Translations under genes and position numbers: made by a program
Shown here: positions 42,823-52,817 of the stretch, in pieces
Layout of the letters: each line of letters starts with the position of its first letter
How positions within the stretch are numbered: the stretch's first letter is position 1
The notes under the pieces: generated by a model
What the model saw: the letters and a program-made list of their open reading frames with translations, nothing else
Told to the model about the DNA's origin: nothing
Databases searched by the model: none
DNA from: an uncultured Gemmatimonadaceae bacterium
GTDB lineage: Bacteria > Gemmatimonadota > Gemmatimonadetes > Gemmatimonadales > Gemmatimonadaceae
Length of the DNA: 64,000 nucleotides
NCBI GenBank assembly: GCA_963822945.1
Contig: CAWGJO010000027.1
Coordinates: forward strand, 192,001-256,000
Direction: 5' to 3'

Positions 42823-42866
42823 GGGCGACAAACGGCCGGCCCGATGATCATCGAGCCGGCCGTTCG
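42823..42866. repeat. Conserved palindromic element, copy 2
   Basis: CAAACGGCCGGCCCGATGATCATCGAGCCGGCCGTTCG; same position relative to the downstream start codon as copy 1. Confidence 0.9.
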
Positions 42867-42930
42867 TGCCGCCCACACGCCGGTGAACCCCCGAGGAGGC
42901 GTTCGTCGGACGTGCCCGTGCGGATGGACG

Positions 42931-43620
42931 CTACTGCTGGCCGCCCGCCGCCGCGATCGCCGCCGCGTTGGCGTAGATCGCGACTTCCACACGCCGGTTG
43001 AGCGCCATGCCGGCGTCCGTGGCGTTACTGGCCACCGGTTCCGTCTCGCCGCGGCCCACGGTGTGCAGTCGTGACGCGCTCACGCCCTGCGACACGAGGT
43101 AGTCCGCCGCCGCCTGCGCCCGTCGCTCCGACAGCGCCTGATTGTAGTCGGCGGCGCCGGATGCGTCGGTGTGTCCGACGATCAGCACGTTGGTGTTCGG
43201 ATACTGATTCAGGCTGACGGCCAGGTTGCGCAGATTCGTCGCCGCATTCGGCAGCACCTGCGAGGCGTCGAAGGCGAACAACAGCCCGGAGGCGAATGTC
43301 ACCTGGATGCCCTCGCCGACCCGTTCCACCGTCGCGCCCGTGACCGTCTGCTTGATGCCCTTGGCCTGCTGGTCCATCTGATTGCCGATGATGGTGCCGG
43401 CGAGCCCGCCGACCACGGCCCCGATGATTGCGCCGCGAGCCGTGGATCCGGTCTGGTTGCCCACCACCGCGCCAACGCCGGCCCCGGCGCCGGCGCCGAT
43501 GAGCGCCCCGCTGCTCTTCTTGTTCAGCGACGCGCAGGCCGACAACGTCGTGGCGAGTGCCAGGAGCACCGCGGCTCGCGGTATCCTGCGGCGCATGGTG
43601 AGTATTCGTGGTCTGTTCAT
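42931..43620 (-). CDS. OmpA-family lipoprotein with glycine zipper
   Basis: Lipobox LSAC; GALIGAGAGAGVGAVVG; VGHTD..NQALSERRA..GRGE..NRRVE. Confidence 0.93.
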   Translation of the reverse strand: MNRPRILTMRRRIPRAAVLLALATTLSACASLNKKSSGALIGAGAGAGVGAVVGNQTGSTARGAIIGAVVGGLAGTIIGNQMDQQAKGIKQTVTGATVERVGEGIQVTFASGLLFAFDASQVLPNAATNLRNLAVSLNQYPNTNVLIVGHTDASGAADYNQALSERRAQAAADYLVSQGVSASRLHTVGRGETEPVASNATDAGMALNRRVEVAIYANAAAIAAAGGQQ

Positions 43621-43643
43621 TGCGGCCTCGTGGAACGGGAGTC

Positions 43644-43793
43644 CTACAGTACCTTCCGGCCCTGGATCACGCGCACCAGGACCACGATGATGGCGATGAC
43701 GAGCAGGATGTGAATCAGTCCGCCCATCGTGTATGCGGTGATCATCCCCAGCAGCCACAGCACCACCAGGATGATCACGATCGTCATGAGCAT
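43644..43793 (-). CDS. lmo0937-family small membrane protein (copy 1)
   Basis: Manual translation MLMTIVIILVVLWLLGMITAYTMGGLIHILLVIAIIVVLVRVIQGRKVL; below the ORF-track length cutoff. Confidence 0.88.
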   Translation of the reverse strand: MLMTIVIILVVLWLLGMITAYTMGGLIHILLVIAIIVVLVRVIQGRKVL

Positions 43794-43802
43794 GGAGGCA
43801 CC

Positions 43803-44453
43803 CTAGTTCGAGGTAATCGTCAATGATCGCGTGAGGGTCAGCGTGATCCGGGTGCCCGACGCCACGACGACATCGCGGTCGGCGATGGTCGCTGCGCGCG
43901 CACCGCCCGCCACGGCACCGATGGCTCCACCGATGATCGTACTCTTCTGATCCTTGCCGATTGCCTGGCCGACCGCCGCGCCAACCGCGGTACCCACGGC
44001 CACGTTTCCGACGGCGCTCTTGGTGATGCCGCGCCCTTCGAGCGTGTGCGGCACCGTACCCACGGTCGCGCCCAGCTCGTACGTCGTCCCGGCCACCGTC
44101 ACCGACGTGCCACGCAGCGCGATGGCGCCGTCCTTCTGGCCCGAATTCAGGGCCGGTCCCAGCTCCGTGATCGTCAGTACCACAGGCGAACCGCTCGGAA
44201 TGACCACCAGGCCGGCGTCATCCATCACGTCGTCGCTCACGACTCCGTTCACGTGCTGTCCCACGGTGTTGGTGCGCGACGAGATCGCGTCCTGAATCGT
44301 GACTGCCACGGCAGAGCCGTTGGACAGCACGCGGGGCGACGCGCTCGCGGCGTCTGCGGCCGCTCCACTCGTGCCGGACGTATCCTTGCCCTGGGCACCG
44401 GCGCATGCGAGGAGACCGAACGCGAGCAGTCCGGCAATGAGAGATCGTGACAT
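43803..44453 (-). CDS. Lipoprotein with beta-rich domain and C-terminal glycine zipper
   Basis: Lipobox LLAC; VVIPSGS; VAVGTAVGAAVGQAIG..IIGGAIGAVAG. Confidence 0.78.
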   Translation of the reverse strand: MSRSLIAGLLAFGLLACAGAQGKDTSGTSGAAADAASASPRVLSNGSAVAVTIQDAISSRTNTVGQHVNGVVSDDVMDDAGLVVIPSGSPVVLTITELGPALNSGQKDGAIALRGTSVTVAGTTYELGATVGTVPHTLEGRGITKSAVGNVAVGTAVGAAVGQAIGKDQKSTIIGGAIGAVAGGARAATIADRDVVVASGTRITLTLTRSLTITSN

Positions 44454-44682
44454 GGGTCCTCGGCGCAGTGGCCGCGAAAGAGAGAAACACGGGCCACCGG
44501 CCATGCCGGAACGCCCATCTCATCCGCGACCTTTCACGTCATCGGGGAGATATCCTGAGGTTAGGGCGTCCGGCACCCGCCTCGTATCGCCTGATCAGGT
44601 GAAAGAGGGAGTAGTCCCTTTGGGGGACCAGGATATTCGCGGGCTCCAATGGGGGCCGGTGGACGCCGGCGTGGACCGACGG

Positions 44683-45324
44683 CTAGTCGTCGTCCTGGTC
44701 GTGCGCGTAGGCGGCGATCTGCAAACGCGTGTGCAGGGCCAGCTTGTCCATGATGTTGCGCACGTGGCTCTTCACCGTATGGGTGGCGATGTTCAGCCGC
44801 TGCGCGATCTCCTTGTTGCTCATCCCCGCCGCGATCAGCCCGATCACCTCGCGCTCGCGTTGCGTCATCCGCACCGCTTCCATCGCCGTCGCCCCACCCC
44901 GCTGCACCGCGGCCTTCGCGATCTGGGAGAACAACGTGCCCGTCATCGGCGGCGGCAGGACCCGCGCCCCGTCGGCCACCGACCGAATGGTGGCCACGAA
45001 ATCGTCGAACGTCGCGTCTTTGAGAATGAAGCCGGCCACGCCCGCGTTCACGAATTGGGCGATCTCCTCGTGCACGGGCAGCAGATCCATCACAATCACC
45101 CGCGATTCCGCCATCTCCTTCCGCACGGTCTCCGCCAGCCGGAGGCTGCTCCTGTCCTGGAGTCCCACGTCGAGCAGCACCACGCGGGGATTGGCATCCT
45201 TCAGCTTCTCGGTTTCCAGGCTCGTCGCGGCCAGCACCACGCTCACGTCGGCCAGCTCGTTGAGCATGGTCGTCATGCCCTCACGAACGAGGCGATTATC
45301 CTCGATGATGGCGACGGTGATCAC
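44683..45324 (-). CDS. NarL/LuxR-family response regulator
   Basis: REC (IIEDN, LLDV, FILK) plus MTQREREVIGLIAAGMSNKEIAQRLNIATHTVKSHVRNIMDKL. Confidence 0.93.
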   Translation of the reverse strand: MITVAIIEDNRLVREGMTTMLNELADVSVVLAATSLETEKLKDANPRVVLLDVGLQDRSSLRLAETVRKEMAESRVIVMDLLPVHEEIAQFVNAGVAGFILKDATFDDFVATIRSVADGARVLPPPMTGTLFSQIAKAAVQRGGATAMEAVRMTQREREVIGLIAAGMSNKEIAQRLNIATHTVKSHVRNIMDKLALHTRLQIAAYAHDQDDD

Positions 45325-45506
45325 GCAGCACCCGGCCCGGGGCTATCGATTCGCGCGCAGCGGGGCCGCCGCGATGTCATGAGCCACCTTGATGAAGCCA
45401 TGATTCGGAATCTCTGCGACTTCCGCCCGGATTGCTAGCCCGCGCGGGCACGCAGCTCCTTCCACCATCGTCCCCGATGGAAGGAGCCCGGCCGGTCGCG
45501 ATGGTG

Positions 45507-45893
45507 CTACTGCAAGTAGCGGAACAGACCAACGAGACCGAGGATGCCGCTGCCCAACATCACGATCGTGCCGGAACGCCCGCCGATGACGGCACCCACG
45601 ATGAGCCCGGCGCCGCCCACCAGCATGAGCGCGACATTCTGCGAGTTCTCACCGTCCGCCGGCATTGCGACCATCGCCAATCCGGTCGTCGGGGCCAACG
45701 TGCGGGACCCGACAGCGGACGGCTGGAGCATGGGGCCGACCGTCGACGCGGCCACGGGCTGAACGGCCGGAGCGCTGACGGCGACGGGCGCGACGGCGCG
45801 CGAGGTCGAGTCGAACGATGTCTGCTGAGCCGCCATCGGCGCCGCTACCATCAAGGCGGCGGCGAACAGGAAGAATCGGGTACGCGTAAACAT
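45507..45893 (-). CDS. Hypothetical exported protein with hydrophobic Gly-rich C-terminus
   Basis: Signal peptide MFTRTRFFLFAAALMVAAPMAA; two C-terminal hydrophobic segments; GGAG RBS. Confidence 0.72.
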   Translation of the reverse strand: MFTRTRFFLFAAALMVAAPMAAQQTSFDSTSRAVAPVAVSAPAVQPVAASTVGPMLQPSAVGSRTLAPTTGLAMVAMPADGENSQNVALMLVGGAGLIVGAVIGGRSGTIVMLGSGILGLVGLFRYLQ

Positions 45894-46217
45894 TGGGAGC
45901 ACTCCGAACGTCGAGGGTGAACCGGTGGTCGCACGCGCCCTACATGGACTCGCATCGCCAACCGGGCACTCTCGACCGTTACGAGAGGCTCTTGATGTGT
46001 AGCGGCGGTTCCCTCCCCGATCCATCACACCAAAGAACTACGTCCTCGCCGATGGGGACATCTGCGCCCGACACCTATCATACGCGCACCCGTCTGACTA
46101 CGCTCCGTTCATAGGGAATTGTGCGGTCGTTCGATGCAGCGGCCGTCGCGTTGGCCGTGCATCGTCACAAGGGGAAGTGCCGTGGTCCGGAACACCGATG
46201 TGGTGGAGTCAGCGCCC

Positions 46218-47351
46218 ATGGGCGAATCGGTCGCCGACGTATACGCGGCCCTCGGGCTGCTCGCCGACATCGTCGACACCGTGCGCGAACCCCTCCTCGT
46301 GCTCGACGCTGCCTTTCGCGTGACCCACGCCAATCGCTCGTTCTTCAACACGTTCCAGGTCACGCCAGACGACACCATCGGCCAGGTGATCTTCACGCTC
46401 GGCAACGGCCAGTGGGACATCCCACCGCTGCACACGCTGCTGCGCGACACCCTGCCGCTGCACGCCCAGCTCGATGACTACGACGTCGACCACGTCTTCC
46501 CGGGCATCGGGCGCAAGGTGATGCTGCTCAATGCGCGCCTCGTGGCATCGGGCGCCACCAACCCGCGGATGATTCTCCTCGCCATCGAGGACGTCACCGA
46601 ACGAAGGCGCGCCGAACACCAACTCGCGGTCCAACACCGGGAACTGCTGCGATCGAATGCGGCGCTCGAAGCATTTGCCGCCGTCGCCTCGCACGATCTG
46701 CAGGAGCCGCTGCGCAAGATCCTCGCCTTCGGCGAGCGCCTCGAAGCCAACGCGGGCCCGGCACTCGATGCAGACGCCCGCGGCTACCTCGATCGCATGC
46801 GCAACGCCGCCACCCGCATGCGGACCCTGATCGCCGACCTCCTGCTCTATGCGCACGTCACGACGCGTGCCCAACCGTTCGAACCGGTCGATCTCGGGCG
46901 CCTGGTCCGCGATGTCATGACGGATATGGAAACGTCTATCGCCGAAGCAGGCGCAACGGTGAACGTCGGGGAGCTGCCGGTTGTCGAGGCCGATCCGCTG
47001 CAGATGCGCCAGTTGCTGCAGAATCTGCTCGGCAACGCGCTGAAGTACCGCAGCGGCGCTCGGCCCTCGGTCGTCCGCATCGACGCGACCGTCGCCGACG
47101 GAGACACGTACGTCCTCACCGTTGCCGACAACGGCATCGGCTTCGGCTCGCAGTACGCGGAACGCATCTTCGGGATGTTCGAACGGCTCCACGGCCGGGC
47201 GGAATATGAAGGGTCCGGTATCGGGCTCGCCATCTGCCGCAGCATCGCCGAGCACCACGGCGGCACCATCAGCGCCGCCGGCACCCCGGACACGGGGGCG
47301 ACGTTCACGATCGTGCTGCCCGTCCGGCAACTCACCTCGGTGGACCTCTGA
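46218..47351 (+). CDS. PAS sensor histidine kinase (Cph1-like kinase core)
   Basis: IVDTVREPLLVLD..ANRSF; SNAALEAFAAVASHDLQEPLRKI; NLLGNALKY; GSGIGLAIC. Start could be GTG 46182. Confidence 0.92.
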   Translation: MGESVADVYAALGLLADIVDTVREPLLVLDAAFRVTHANRSFFNTFQVTPDDTIGQVIFTLGNGQWDIPPLHTLLRDTLPLHAQLDDYDVDHVFPGIGRKVMLLNARLVASGATNPRMILLAIEDVTERRRAEHQLAVQHRELLRSNAALEAFAAVASHDLQEPLRKILAFGERLEANAGPALDADARGYLDRMRNAATRMRTLIADLLLYAHVTTRAQPFEPVDLGRLVRDVMTDMETSIAEAGATVNVGELPVVEADPLQMRQLLQNLLGNALKYRSGARPSVVRIDATVADGDTYVLTVADNGIGFGSQYAERIFGMFERLHGRAEYEGSGIGLAICRSIAEHHGGTISAAGTPDTGATFTIVLPVRQLTSVDL

Positions 47352-47353
47352 CC

Positions 47354-47815
47354 ATGCTCCAGGGAAACGCAATTCCCGTGATGATTCTCATCGCCGACGA
47401 CGATGAAGACGATCGACTGCTCACCCGGCAGGCGCTCGAGGAAGCCCATCTGTCCAACGACGTCCGGTTCGTCGAGGACGGTGAGGAGTTGATGGAGTAC
47501 CTCCGCCGGCAGGGACGATACGCCGGACAGGACGGCAGGGCGCCGCGGCCGGGGCTGATTCTGCTCGACCTCAACATGCCCAAGAAGGACGGGCGCGAGT
47601 GCCTGCGCGAGATCAAGGCGGACGACGACCTGCGGGACATTCCGGTCGTCGTCCTGTCCACCTCCCGCGAGGAGGAGGATATCACGCGGAGCTACCAGCT
47701 CGGCGTCAATTCCTTCATCTCAAAGCCGGTCACCTTCACCGGCCTCGTGGACGCGTTGAAGGTCATGGGACGCTACTGGTTCGAGCTCGTCGAACTTCCG
47801 CCGGCACGCCGGTAG
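47354..47815 (+). CDS. Single-domain response regulator (Rcp1-like)
   Basis: ILIADDDEDD..LLDLNMPKKDGRE..VVLSTS..SYQLGVNSFISKP..YWF. Confidence 0.92.
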   Translation: MLQGNAIPVMILIADDDEDDRLLTRQALEEAHLSNDVRFVEDGEELMEYLRRQGRYAGQDGRAPRPGLILLDLNMPKKDGRECLREIKADDDLRDIPVVVLSTSREEEDITRSYQLGVNSFISKPVTFTGLVDALKVMGRYWFELVELPPARR

Positions 47816-47909
47816 CGCCGTCGGGCGCGCGCCGGCGACGCCGCGCGCCGCATCCTGGCAGTGGTCTCAGGTCGCTCCGCGGGGAAGTTCGCGCGATGCG
47901 CGCGGCGTA

Positions 47910-48974
47910 CTACCGATCGAGCAGCTCCCCCACCCGCGCCATCGCCGGCACGTGGTCGCAGACTAGCTTGGCGCACACGGTGAGCGGCACCGCGAGCACG
48001 GCCCCCGGCAACCCCCACAGCCAGCCGAAGAAGATCAGCCCCAGGAAGATCGCCACCGTGTTCACGGGCAGATGGCGCCCCAACACCGTCGGCGTCACGA
48101 AGTTCGACTCCGCCAGATGCACGAGCAGAAACACGGCCGGCGCCATCAGCGCCCGCGCCGGGTTGTCGATGCTCGACAGCGCCGCGAACGCAATGATCGT
48201 CGCCGTCGCGATCGGTCCGAGATACGGCACGAAGTTCAGCACCGCCGCGATCCCACCCCAGAGCAGCGGGTTCGGCACGCCCACCGCCCACAGGGCCAGC
48301 GCGGTCAGCGTCCCAACGCCGATGTTGATCACGGTGACGGTCAGCAGAAAATGCGACGTCGCCATCTCGATCTGCGCCAGCAGATGCTCGCGCGACTTCA
48401 ACTGATCGCGCCCCGGCAGCAGCCCCGCCAGCTTGCGCCGAAACAGGGGCCCGTTGGCCAGCAGAAAATACGTGAGGAACACCACCGCCAGCGAGATCGG
48501 AATCAGCGCCAGGGTGTCGAGTGAGGCCTTCGCGAAGATGCCGGGCGACGCCAACTGCACGGTCTTCGGCGCCTCCGATGTCGACGGCCCGGTGGCCTGC
48601 TGCATCCGGTCGGCGGACTGCTGGAGCGCCGACAGCGGTCTGGCAATGCGCCGTATCCGGGTTTCGAGCTTTCGCATCGTGGCGGGCGCCGAGGCTACCC
48701 AGGTGATCGCCGGCGCAACCAGCAACGATCCGGCCCCGATGCCCGCCCCCAGCGCGCCGAAGACCACCAGCGCCGCCGCGACCCGGCGGGGAATGTGGAG
48801 CCGCTGCAGCCAGCGCATGGGCGCGCTCAGCATCAGCGTCAGGAGCAACGCGATCACCACCGGCAGCACGAACGCACGCCCCAGACGGAGCGCCGCTACC
48901 AGCAGCAGCGTCATGATCGCCACGGTCGCCGCTGACGACGGCGGCCTGATGTCCGACTCGACGCTCTGGCTCAT
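47910..48974 (-). CDS. AI-2E family (YhhT/PerM-like) inner-membrane transporter
   Basis: Multi-TM; LNFVPYLGP..ESNFVTPTVLG..GWLWGLPGAVLAVPL. Confidence 0.9.
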   Translation of the reverse strand: MSQSVESDIRPPSSAATVAIMTLLLVAALRLGRAFVLPVVIALLLTLMLSAPMRWLQRLHIPRRVAAALVVFGALGAGIGAGSLLVAPAITWVASAPATMRKLETRIRRIARPLSALQQSADRMQQATGPSTSEAPKTVQLASPGIFAKASLDTLALIPISLAVVFLTYFLLANGPLFRRKLAGLLPGRDQLKSREHLLAQIEMATSHFLLTVTVINIGVGTLTALALWAVGVPNPLLWGGIAAVLNFVPYLGPIATATIIAFAALSSIDNPARALMAPAVFLLVHLAESNFVTPTVLGRHLPVNTVAIFLGLIFFGWLWGLPGAVLAVPLTVCAKLVCDHVPAMARVGELLDR

Positions 48975-50380
48975 CGTTCCTTCACCGCCGCCGTCGCGTG
49001 CCCCATCGCCTCGGCCCGCAGCACCAATCCCCGCCGCGTGACGTACACCCCACGCACCGCCACCGAATCGATGCCGGCGGCCAACGTCATCGCGTCGCCG
49101 ATCTTCCGGTTCAGCCCCTCGAGCAGCAACTCCCGGCCGCGATCGAGCGCCTGCCCTTCGGGCAGAATCGCCCGGTCGCGCAACAGCAGCCGCAACGCCG
49201 GAGACGCCAGCCACGAATACGCGTTGATCAGCGGGCTGGCAGTGTGCAGGTCGTAGTCGAGGTCCGGCATCGCGATGCCGTGCCGGGTCTCATCGTGCCG
49301 CGGCACGCCGACCAGCACGAGCGTTCCCTGCGCGTCCCCGTGAAATCCCACCGTCAATCCGAGCCGCCCGCCGGATTCCGCCGACACCAGCACCGAGTCG
49401 ATGCTCACCGTATGCCCCTGCTCGGTGACGACGGCGCCGCGCACCGCGTCGCTCAACACCTGCGACGCGGTGCCGTAGTCCACCACGCCCTCCAGGAGGA
49501 TGTGGAAGCCGTGGGCCCCCGTGTCCGCGGCCAGCGGTGGCAGCGGCAGTGCTGCCACCACCGGTTCCGAATCGGCGGTCACGATCCGCGGCCGCGCGTC
49601 GAGTCCCACATGCACGATCAACGCATGACCGTCGCCGCGGACGTCGCCCACGCGCAGTTGCGTCGGGCCCAACAGCAACCACACGCCGTCGGTCAGGCGG
49701 ATCGGCCGGTTGAGCGATTCCCACCATCCCATCGCCTGGTCCGTCAGGTCGACGTCGCCGATCGTGCTGTCGATCGCCGCCAACCGGTCCATCAGCGCTC
49801 CGCGCGCGGCGTCCACGATCCGCTCGGTAACGTCGTAATGCAGGAACCGCACCTCACACCGGTCGCGGGCTGCCCTCGACGCCGGGCTGGCGCGCACCAG
49901 TCGAACGTGCGACACGAGATGCCAATCGGGCGACAGCGACAGCGGCGTCGCGAGCTCCACCACCAGCCTCGGCGGCCGATCGGTGGACGTGCCGCAGCCG
50001 GCGCTCACGGTCGGCGTGAATCCGAACTTGAAGAAACCCCGGGCTTCGTACTCGAGCGTGGCGCGCAGGTGGAACTCCGTCCCGCGCCCGAATGCCGTGA
50101 ACGGGCCGCGCGTCGCGTGGAACGCGTAGTGTTTGCGGTCGTCGTCGCCCACCTGATGCACGCTGTCCAACGACCCGAACTCCGTGGGGACGGCGCGGTC
50201 CACCTTGCCCAGGACCTTCGTGATGTCGTAGGTGAGCGGCACGTCGAACCGCGAGAGCGGAAGTACCGGTGGCGGCGGTTCGCGCGCGTCGATGTCCGCA
50301 TCCGACGGCGTGGCCCGGCCCCCGCAGCCGGCCAGCGTGAAGAACACGGCCAGCGCGGCCGCGCCGAACGCGCGCGTCAC
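48971..50380 (-). CDS. DUF4403-like lipoprotein
   Basis: GTG start overlapping the upstream TGA; lipobox LAGC; SRFDVPL..WLLLGP..GTLVLVGVP..DLDYDL. Family recognised from memory. Confidence 0.65.
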   Translation of the reverse strand: MTRAFGAAALAVFFTLAGCGGRATPSDADIDAREPPPPVLPLSRFDVPLTYDITKVLGKVDRAVPTEFGSLDSVHQVGDDDRKHYAFHATRGPFTAFGRGTEFHLRATLEYEARGFFKFGFTPTVSAGCGTSTDRPPRLVVELATPLSLSPDWHLVSHVRLVRASPASRAARDRCEVRFLHYDVTERIVDAARGALMDRLAAIDSTIGDVDLTDQAMGWWESLNRPIRLTDGVWLLLGPTQLRVGDVRGDGHALIVHVGLDARPRIVTADSEPVVAALPLPPLAADTGAHGFHILLEGVVDYGTASQVLSDAVRGAVVTEQGHTVSIDSVLVSAESGGRLGLTVGFHGDAQGTLVLVGVPRHDETRHGIAMPDLDYDLHTASPLINAYSWLASPALRLLLRDRAILPEGQALDRGRELLLEGLNRKIGDAMTLAAGIDSVAVRGVYVTRRGLVLRAEAMGHATAAVKER

Positions 50381-52092
50381 CGTGCCGACCAACTCAACAG
50401 GTTCGACGGCGCCATGCCCGCCCGCACCCGGGCGATATCGGCCGGTTCCCGCCAGAGCAACTGCGTGCGATCGGCCGAGCTGAAACGAAGTTCCCACCGC
50501 GCCCCGCCCCGGGCGGGATTGAACGGCACCGCGATGTCGAGCCGGTAGGTGCGCTTGCCGCCCGACGGGAACGCGCTCAGCAGCGAGATTCCCGCGGCGG
50601 CCCGGACGTTGGTCGTGACGCCGTACGGGACATCGCCGGCCCACAACTTTCCCGCATCGACGAAACCCGCCACCGCCAGGTCGGCGCGCCGGCTCACCGA
50701 CGGCAACAGGCGGCGCTCCTCGAGACGCATCACCGCCCGGCGGCCGCCGGCGAAGGTCGCGTCGGGAAAGCCGCGCACGCCGCCGTCGTGATCGCGGAAG
50801 GTGAGTTGGAACGGATACGCGAGACGCTGGATGCCCGAGAGTTCGACGCTCACGATCTGCGTGTACGGCGTGCCCGGCGTGGCGTACCAGGCCATGTGCG
50901 CGTCGCCCACCATGCCTTCCCACCGATGGGACGCGCGGTCGATGCGCCCTTCGCCGGTGAACCGCACCAGCATGAACGAGGACGGCTGTCCCAGGCCGGC
51001 GTACACGTCCGTGGAGAGAAAGACGTCGCTCCTGAGCGTCGAAGCGAACACGCTCGGGCCGGCCAGCGCGCCGAATTGCACGCCGACGCCGACGTCCTGC
51101 GCTGCCGTGAGCGCGTCGAACCGTTTCACGGTCACGAAGCGCAGCGCGCGCACGCCTCCGATCGCCGCCAGTCGGGTCACCCGAAACGCCGGGAAGCGCC
51201 CACCGAGCGCCGTGTCGGACGGAACGTGCACGAGCCCGGAGTCGGAGATGATCACCGGGCCGGGAGCGGTGCGCACGTCCTCGCCGAGGAGCGCCGCCCC
51301 CACCACCCCGATCACGCGTCCCCGGCCCACCCGCGTCACCGCGCCCGCGTCGTACGACGAGCGATGCACCGACAGCGCGAGATCCTCGCCCGCCGGCCGG
51401 ATCACGGGATAGTAGACGCGCGATTCGTCGGCGCCGGTGTGAAACGCCGTGCGCTCCAGATCCGTGAGGAACGGATGGGCGAACTCCACCGACCACTCGC
51501 CACCCAGTGGATAGCGCTGCGCATTGGCGACGAGCGTATACGGACGTCCGAACGCCCCGTACTGGGCTACCCGCACACCGAAGCCGGACCGATACGCGAA
51601 TCCGCGCTCGGCGCTCAGCGCCACGGTCACGGCGCTGCCCGACACGTTCTCGCTTCCGACCGTCAGGCGCACCGGCGCGATTCCCTTCATGCGCGCGCCG
51701 ACGATGAGCGGCACCTCGTCCACCGTTTCCACGACGATGCGCACGCGCCCGGGACCGTCCGGCACGGCGCGGACCACCGCCGACGTCAGATACGGCTGGA
51801 GACGCAACAGGCGCTCCGACTCGCTGCGACTGCGCTCCGTGCACGGCCGCCCGACCGCGAGCTGCAGATACGCGGCGATCACGTGTGGCCGCGTCACGGT
51901 GAAGTGCAGCCCTGCTACATCGGCGAGTCCGCGCCACGACGCGGCCAGGCCGCGCACCGGCGGCGGCGACGACCGGATGTCGATCGCCGAAATCGTCTCG
52001 CCGTTGCATGCGCGCCCCGGTGGCGCACGTTGCGCCGCGGCCGGGGCGATCGCCGCGAGCATCAGCGCCGCCAGCTCCGGCCCGGTGCGCAC
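50377..52092 (-). CDS. Outer-membrane protein with POTRA-like N-domain (Omp85/BamA-like)
   Basis: Signal peptide; TRPHVI..ESERLLRLQPYL..VETVD POTRA-like segment; GVRGF (VRGF/Y motif); FVDAGKLW; amphipathic beta strands. Confidence 0.72.
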   Translation of the reverse strand: MRTGPELAALMLAAIAPAAAQRAPPGRACNGETISAIDIRSSPPPVRGLAASWRGLADVAGLHFTVTRPHVIAAYLQLAVGRPCTERSRSESERLLRLQPYLTSAVVRAVPDGPGRVRIVVETVDEVPLIVGARMKGIAPVRLTVGSENVSGSAVTVALSAERGFAYRSGFGVRVAQYGAFGRPYTLVANAQRYPLGGEWSVEFAHPFLTDLERTAFHTGADESRVYYPVIRPAGEDLALSVHRSSYDAGAVTRVGRGRVIGVVGAALLGEDVRTAPGPVIISDSGLVHVPSDTALGGRFPAFRVTRLAAIGGVRALRFVTVKRFDALTAAQDVGVGVQFGALAGPSVFASTLRSDVFLSTDVYAGLGQPSSFMLVRFTGEGRIDRASHRWEGMVGDAHMAWYATPGTPYTQIVSVELSGIQRLAYPFQLTFRDHDGGVRGFPDATFAGGRRAVMRLEERRLLPSVSRRADLAVAGFVDAGKLWAGDVPYGVTTNVRAAAGISLLSAFPSGGKRTYRLDIAVPFNPARGGARWELRFSSADRTQLLWREPADIARVRAGMAPSNLLSWSAR

Positions 52093-52313
52093 TACCCCTT
52101 CTTGGCGGGGATCAGCAGCAACACCCCACCCACCAGAACCGCTCCGAGGCCGGCCCAGATCGGAATCGCGACCGTCTGCCGGTCCTTCACGGTCATCGAG
52201 AACGGCCCCATCTGCGTCTCGTGCGAACTCTTGGTATACGTGAAGCCGCCGTACGCCAGGCCGAGGGCGCCGGCCACGATCAGCACGATGCCCGCCGTCT
52301 TGATTGGGTTCAT
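52092..52313 (-). CDS. Small two-TM membrane protein
   Basis: GIVLIVAGALGLAYGGFTYT..IPIWAGLGAVLVGGVLLL; stop overlaps the next start. Confidence 0.82.
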   Translation of the reverse strand: MNPIKTAGIVLIVAGALGLAYGGFTYTKSSHETQMGPFSMTVKDRQTVAIPIWAGLGAVLVGGVLLLIPAKKG

Positions 52314-52335
52314 CCTTGCATCTCCGTCGATGGGA

Positions 52336-52485
52336 TTACAGCACCTTCCGACCCTGGAGCACCCGCACCACCACCACGATGATCGCGATCACCAGCAGAA
52401 TGTGGATCAGTCCGCCCATCGTATACGATGTTACCATCCCGAGTGCCCAGAGCACGATCAGGATGATCACCACAGTCGTCAGCAT
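52336..52485 (-). CDS. lmo0937-family small membrane protein (copy 2)
   Basis: MLTTVVIILIVLWALGMVTSYTMGGLIHILLVIAIIVVVVRVLQGRKVL; GGAGG RBS. Confidence 0.88.
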   Translation of the reverse strand: MLTTVVIILIVLWALGMVTSYTMGGLIHILLVIAIIVVVVRVLQGRKVL

Positions 52486-52817
52486 GTTCGGTTCCTCCGC
52501 GCCACAAGGCGTTTCATGGAGAGTAGTTCGCGCCACGAGAGGCGCGTATCGCCAAAACGGGTGACGAAGGAGTAGGCCTTTCGAGCGATACGCTTGGCGG
52601 GCCGGCCGGCCGCGGTGTTCTGCCGTTGCGGTCGGCATGGACCTCGACCGCCCCCCGTGTCGGGGCGCGAGTTGCGATATGCGTCAACCATTTGCCGCTC
52701 AACCACCCGATCGCTCTACGTCCTTGGTGCGATTGATGCGCCGCGGCATCGGACGTAGCCTGATACGAGACCCGGGTATCGTCCCGGCGCCGCTCCTCAA
52801 TCGTTCAGGGACTGCAC

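Noticed and set aside
41267..42866. Palindromic 38-bp repeat considered as a CRISPR repeat or integron attC site
   Set aside because: Only two copies 1.5 kb apart, no spacers, cas or integrase, and no RYYYAAC/GTTRRRY ends with extrahelical bases.
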